A stretch of 64,000 nucleotides of DNA from an uncultured Chloroflexia bacterium (lineage in GTDB: Bacteria; Chloroflexota; Anaerolineae; CG2-30-64-16). Shown here one piece after another: positions 59,811-64,000 of this stretch (position 1 is its first letter; each line of letters begins with the position of its first letter). Made by a program: the position numbers and the translations under genes. The stretch is from contig CAWEMM010000012.1 of NCBI GenBank assembly GCA_963810095.1, positions 448,001 through 512,000 of the forward strand, in the 5' to 3' direction. The notes beneath the pieces are model-generated. The model worked only from the letters and a program-made list of their open reading frames with translations. It made no database searches and had not been told where the DNA came from.

Positions 59811-61121
59811 CTACGAGTACCGAATGCGCGGGTTCAGGTACGAGTAAATGATGTCGGCAATGAGCTGCGACACCACGGCGATCACGATCAGCACCATCGC
59901 GCCGGCTTCGATGGCAAAAACGTCCTTGTAGAGCGCGGCGTTCAGGATGAAGTTGCCGAGCCCGGGAAAGCCGAAGACGGCCTCGACGACGACCAGGCCG
60001 CCGATAAGCCAGTTGACATGCAGCATGATGACCGTCACCGGCGCCATCAGCGAGTTCCGCAGGACGTGGCCGAGCACCATCTTGCGGCGCGGCATACCCT
60101 TGAGAATGGCCGTGCGGACGTAGGCGGCGCCCATCACTTCGAGCACGCTCGCCCGTGTGATGCGCAGGATATAGCCCACTTCGACCAGGCTTGCAGTCAG
60201 CACCGGCAAGATGAGCATGTTGGGCTTTGACAAGACGCTGCCCGCATCCGTGTAGACGGTGGCCCCCGGCAGAACCTTGAGCCACATCGAGAAGATCATC
60301 ACCAGGAAGATGCCGGCGGCGAAGTCAGGCGTGGCTGCGGTGACGAGCCCGCCCAGGGTCAGGACGCGGTCGATCTTGTTGCCGCCGTTGAGGCCGGCGA
60401 TCAGGCCCAGGAGCACGCCGAGAGGGATGGCGACCAGGAAAGCCAGCATAGCCAGCGTCAACGAGTTGGCGATGCGCCTGCCGATCACGTCGGCCACGGG
60501 ACGCTTATACTGGAGCGATAGTCCCATGTCCCCGCGGATCAGGCCCTTGCTGAGGGGGATGTAGTCTACGGGCGAGCCGGCCGTTTCGATCCAGCCGGAG
60601 TATTCCAGCCGGTACTCGACGCCGCCCTGCCCCTTCACCCACTTGGCGATGCGATTGCCGGTGTCCACGCCCCAGAAGTACTGCTCGCCGTTCGGTCCTT
60701 CTCTCCAAGCCCCGTTGTCGGGCGTCTCGGTCGTCGAGCCGTCGGGCTGGCGGATCATCTTCACCAGGTCCTGGCCCGCGATCTTCCACTGCACCAGGTT
60801 GCCCTGCGCGTCGACCGCCCACCACTGGCGATAGCGCGCCTGCGTCCCCTGCTCCACCACGATTTCCCGCACCGGCATCCCCATCGTGCGGCGCGCCTGC
60901 CAGTCGCTCCCGAAGAGCCAGTTGACGTAGCGCGCCACGACCGACCGGTCGAGCCCAAGCTGGTTCCGCATGGATTCCTCTTGCTCGGGCGTGGCGTACG
61001 CGCCGAGGATATTCCGCGCGACGTTGCCCGGTGCGATCTCCACGACGCCAAACACGACGATGGAGACGAGGAGCATCGTCAGGATCAGGGTGATCATGCG
61101 GCGGAGGATGTATAGGGCCAT
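59811..61121 (-). CDS. Peptide ABC transporter permease (DppB-like) with a large extracytoplasmic insertion
   Basis: YILRR, LGLD, GDMG.S, YVRTA..KG, HVLRNS, VE.VF.FPG.G, YLNPRIR. Confidence 0.92.
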   Translation of the reverse strand: MALYILRRMITLILTMLLVSIVVFGVVEIAPGNVARNILGAYATPEQEESMRNQLGLDRSVVARYVNWLFGSDWQARRTMGMPVREIVVEQGTQARYRQWWAVDAQGNLVQWKIAGQDLVKMIRQPDGSTTETPDNGAWREGPNGEQYFWGVDTGNRIAKWVKGQGGVEYRLEYSGWIETAGSPVDYIPLSKGLIRGDMGLSLQYKRPVADVIGRRIANSLTLAMLAFLVAIPLGVLLGLIAGLNGGNKIDRVLTLGGLVTAATPDFAAGIFLVMIFSMWLKVLPGATVYTDAGSVLSKPNMLILPVLTASLVEVGYILRITRASVLEVMGAAYVRTAILKGMPRRKMVLGHVLRNSLMAPVTVIMLHVNWLIGGLVVVEAVFGFPGLGNFILNAALYKDVFAIEAGAMVLIVIAVVSQLIADIIYSYLNPRIRYS

Positions 61122-61135
61122 ACGATCACTTTCTC

Positions 61136-61174
61136 ATCTTATCAGGCCGGCGCGCTGCGCCGGCCTGATAAGAT
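61136..61174. terminator. 18-bp perfect stem-loop between mttB and the permease gene
   Basis: atcttatcaggccggcgc-gct-gcgccggcctgataagat. Confidence 0.65.
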
Positions 61175-62623
61175 CACTGCTTATTGATCCACTCCTGCTC
61201 GCGCTCGACGATCCGGCGGATTTCCTGCTGGACGTCGACGGGGAGCGGGTCGGCCTTGTGCTTCGCGAGGATGGTGTCCACCTGCTTCGTGGCGCGGGCC
61301 TCCATCGTGGTCGAGCCCTTCTTCTGCCAGACGGCGAAGGGGCTCTTGTCGGCCAGCTTGGAGTAGAACGGCTCGCGATAATGGCGAATGGTGTGCTCGT
61401 GCTCGAGATAGCTTCCCGTGGGGCCAAGCTCGTCGATCACGTCCAGGGCTAGTGTTTCGTCGTTTACGACGACACCCGCGGTCATTGCACGGATGAAGCC
61501 CAGGTAATCGTTGCACAGGGCGATCTGCTGGAGCGAGCCCTGCATCCCTGCATCCATGAAGCCGACGTCGTGCACGATGTTAGCGCCGTGGAGCAGCGCG
61601 GTCATCAGGCTGATCGTCGCCTCGAACCCGGCCTGCTGGTCCAGGGCCTTGGAGTCTGTGGAGCCGCCCAAGCCAAACACAGGCAGGTCGTAGTACTTGC
61701 CCATGCTGGTCGGCACGCCCTGCTCGTCGGCCAGCACGTAGTTGCCGACCATCGTTTGCAGGTTATAGGGCCCGCCGTTCCAGCCGGGCACGCCGACAGG
61801 GGTGCCCTCGCGCACGAGTTGGGCCAGCACGATGCCGAGCAGGATGCCGGCGTTCATCGACGCCATGCAGCCGGCAGTCGTGACGGGTGAGTTCACGCCG
61901 CCTGCGTTGAGGGGAATCCACAGCAGCGGAAGCCCCTTCTCTGCCAGGAACATGCACTTCTGCAGCGCCTCGGCATTCATGATCAGGCCGGACGTGACAT
62001 TGATGTAACAGGTGGCGAACGGCCGGCGCCGGAAGGCTTCTGCGCCGCCCGCGACTGCTTCGCACATCTCCACCGCCGCCACGCAGCCCTCGAAGTCAGG
62101 GGTCACGAACACGATCGGCTTGGTCGTGTTGTTCAGCATGACCTCCATCTGGTAGCGGTCGTAGATGCGCTGGTCGACGTCTTCGGGCAGCACGGCCGAC
62201 ATGACAAAGTCGATCTCGGGCAGCGCGTCCATCAAGGTCGCGGCCTCGCAGACGTCGTCGAGAACCGGCCTGCGGCGCAAGCCCGTGTGGCGGTCGAGGA
62301 TGTTGAGGCAGTCTGATCCGCCGCCGTAGTAAGTGTTGTAGCCGCCCGCCCGCATCGCAACCTGGCCCTTGCGGTTGTACAGGTTCATGCGGTGTGGGAC
62401 CACGGAAAGCGCACGGCTGACCATAAACTCGGGGATGCGCACACGAATGCCGTCCGCTCGCCGCGCCGCCCTTCACAAGCAACTGCAGGGCTTTCTCGTC
62501 ATGGACGTCGAGGCCAACCCGGTTGAGGATCTCGAGCGATGCAAGGTGAATCTCCTCGCACTCCCGCTTTCCCATGCGCGCGTAGTGCGCGCTGCCCATA
62601 TTCGTCTGATGAGTTGTGATCAT
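61174..62623 (-). CDS. Second MttB-family methyltransferase, non-pyrrolysine; frameshift near 62460
   Basis: IH.ASLEIL..VG in ORF 62096-62623, continuing into NTTKP, SPVT.AG, LPVFGLGGSTDSKALDQQAGFE, VHDVGFMD, LGPTGSYL. Confidence 0.88.
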
Positions 62624-62653
62624 GTGAGTCCCGATTCAACTGATAACAACCTA

Positions 62654-62740
62654 ACCACAAAGACACGAAGTACACGAAGGTTCACAAAGCCGGTTCCGGC
62701 TGTCCTTTGTGAACCTTCGTGCCTTTGAGGCTTCGTGGTA
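62654..62740. repeat. Family A palindromic repeat
   Basis: accacaaagacacgaagtacacgaaggttcacaaag ... ctttgtgaaccttcgtgcctttgaggcttcgtggt. Confidence 0.88.
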
Positions 62741-62742
62741 GG

Positions 62743-64000
62743 CTACGCCTTAGGCTCTTTCCACGCCTGGTGGAGCATGCAGTACTCTTCGGGCGACTCG
62801 AGGACGCCCTTGATGTTCTTCTGGTAGATCTGCCAGACGTTCATGAAGAACGGGGTGCAGATCGAGCCGCGATCCTTCTGGATTTCCTCCAGCTTGGCGA
62901 CGAGCGCCTTGCGCTTGTCGAGGTCCAGCGTGCCCGTGGCCTCCGTCAGGATCTTGGAGAACTCGTCGTCTACCCAGCGGGTCTCGTTCCACGGCACGGG
63001 CTTCCCGTCCTTGTCCGCGGTGTACGCCTGCGGGAGCAGCATTGTGGCCAGCGGCCGGTGCGCCCACCAGGTAATTCCCGTGTTGAACTCGGTCCAGCCA
63101 TCCCAGTACTGGTTCGAGGGCATCGGCTTGAGGGTGATGTCGAACCCACCGGCGGCCGCATCTTCCTTCAGCGCCTGGGCGTAGGCCATCGACTCGGGCC
63201 AGTCGGATGCGACGTTGATCTCGACCTTCACCGGGGTGGTCACGCCGGCTTCCTTCAGCAGAGCCATCGACTTCGCGGTGTCAAACGGGAACGGCTCGAG
63301 GGGCACGTACTCGCCCTGGGCAGGCGCCACGTGGCTGTCGTTCCCGATCACGCCCTGGTTGCGCAGCGCCAGCGCCAGGATCTTCTCCCGGTTGTGGCAG
63401 TGCTTGAGCGCCTGGCGCACCTTGTTATCTTTCCACGGGTCCTGGTCCACGCGAACGCGGAGCGTGCGGGTGGCCGCGGTGGGGGTGGAGATAATGGTGA
63501 ACGCGGGATCGTCCTTCACGCCTTCCCACACGGTCACCGGCGGCTCGACGATCATCTCGACCTGGCCGGACTTCAGCGCAGTCTGCCACGCCGCGGGGTC
63601 GTCACCCAGCTGCACGAAGACGATCTCGTCGAGATAGGGCAGCGGGTTGCCGTCCTCGCCCATGCGCCAGTAACCCTCGCGCTTGGTCAGGCGGCAGCGC
63701 TCGCCCGGCACGTATTCCTTCATGTTGAACGCGCCCGTGCCCACGGGCTTGAGCGTGATGTCGCCCTCGAACGTCTTGGGCACGATCGCGGCCGGGTACT
63801 GGAAGAGGTGCTCGGGCACGTAGATGGTGGGGTCGGTGCAGTTAAGCCTGACGGTGTAATCGTCGACCTTCTCGACGCCGGTGGGCGGCAGGTAGCTCAT
63901 GAGGCCCAGCAGCGAAGAACCCACGTCCTTGTTGAGCCACTGGCCGAAGTTGAAGATGACGTCGTCCGCATTGAACTCCTGGCCATCGCTGAACTTGATG
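62743..64000 (-). CDS. Family 5 (peptide/nickel) ABC substrate-binding protein; 5' end outside the window
   Basis: KFSDGQEFNADDVIFNF at the window edge, PVGTGAF, YW, PYLD, VRQAL. Confidence 0.92.
   Translation of the reverse strand, partial: IKFSDGQEFNADDVIFNFGQWLNKDVGSSLLGLMSYLPPTGVEKVDDYTVRLNCTDPTIYVPEHLFQYPAAIVPKTFEGDITLKPVGTGAFNMKEYVPGERCRLTKREGYWRMGEDGNPLPYLDEIVFVQLGDDPAAWQTALKSGQVEMIVEPPVTVWEGVKDDPAFTIISTPTAATRTLRVRVDQDPWKDNKVRQALKHCHNREKILALALRNQGVIGNDSHVAPAQGEYVPLEPFPFDTAKSMALLKEAGVTTPVKVEINVASDWPESMAYAQALKEDAAAGGFDITLKPMPSNQYWDGWTEFNTGITWWAHRPLATMLLPQAYTADKDGKPVPWNETRWVDDEFSKILTEATGTLDLDKRKALVAKLEEIQKDRGSICTPFFMNVWQIYQKNIKGVLESPEEYCMLHQAWKEPKA

Noticed and set aside
61136-61174. Resemblance of the hairpin to the enterobacterial REP consensus
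   Set aside because: The match is short, single-copy in the window and lacks the GTAG end; it is treated as an ordinary stem-loop.
19778-62623. Many frameshifted genes (scpB, amaP-like, yfhO-like, multicopper oxidase, L,D-transpeptidase, lipoprotein, MFS, rhamnosidase, THF methyltransferase, mttB) as pseudogenes or programmed frameshifts
   Set aside because: The breaks are single-base indels, often in G/C runs, with intact motifs on both sides, no slippery heptamers that I could see, and they affect housekeeping scpB. This is most consistent with long-read sequencing error; read polishing would decide.
51425-62623. Pyrrolysine (in-frame TAG) in the MttB homologs
   Set aside because: The position preceding the S-[DE]-S-K motif is an ordinary residue in both (GTAGASESK, GLGGSTDSK), and no amber codon interrupts either frame.
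1185-62740. Periodic repeats as a CRISPR array
   Set aside because: Units are 8-9 nt, degenerate, dispersed and palindromic, with no constant repeat and unique spacers and no cas genes.

Overview
High-GC (roughly 65% by eye) chromosomal segment, most consistent with an anaerobic Chloroflexota (Anaerolineae-like) genome; this taxonomy is inferred from gene content, Pro/Ala/Thr-rich lipoproteins and repeat types. No rRNA, tRNA, CRISPR, integrase or transposase is recognisable. Contents in order: a LacI-controlled sugar locus (PMI-like cupin, GH4, ABC importer, PfkB kinase); a secreted Asp-box protein; a panB-unknown-MFS-GHMP kinase operon; PPi-type Pfk and a thioesterase; a tandem pair of XRE-HTH/Hfq(Sm)-like fusion genes just downstream of scpB; a GT2/GT-C glycosylation cluster; a Co/Ni ECF transporter with a Fur-family regulator; a copper region; cell-envelope lipoproteins and an L,D-transpeptidase; assorted hydrolases; and a >13 kb minus-strand operon with two non-pyrrolysine MttB methyltransferases, a THF methyltransferase, an Alma1-like racemase-fold enzyme, a Tyr-to-Phe variant Met-gamma-lyase-like enzyme and a peptide-type ABC importer. 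The strongest novelty candidates are the HTH-Hfq pair, the putative methyl-onium catabolic operon and the panB-linked unknown protein. Several families of palindromic repeats fill the intergenic spaces, and two copies lie inside coding sequences. Many genes from about 20 kb onward carry single-base frameshifts that look like sequencing indels. All family assignments are from motif recognition by eye; no database searches were run.
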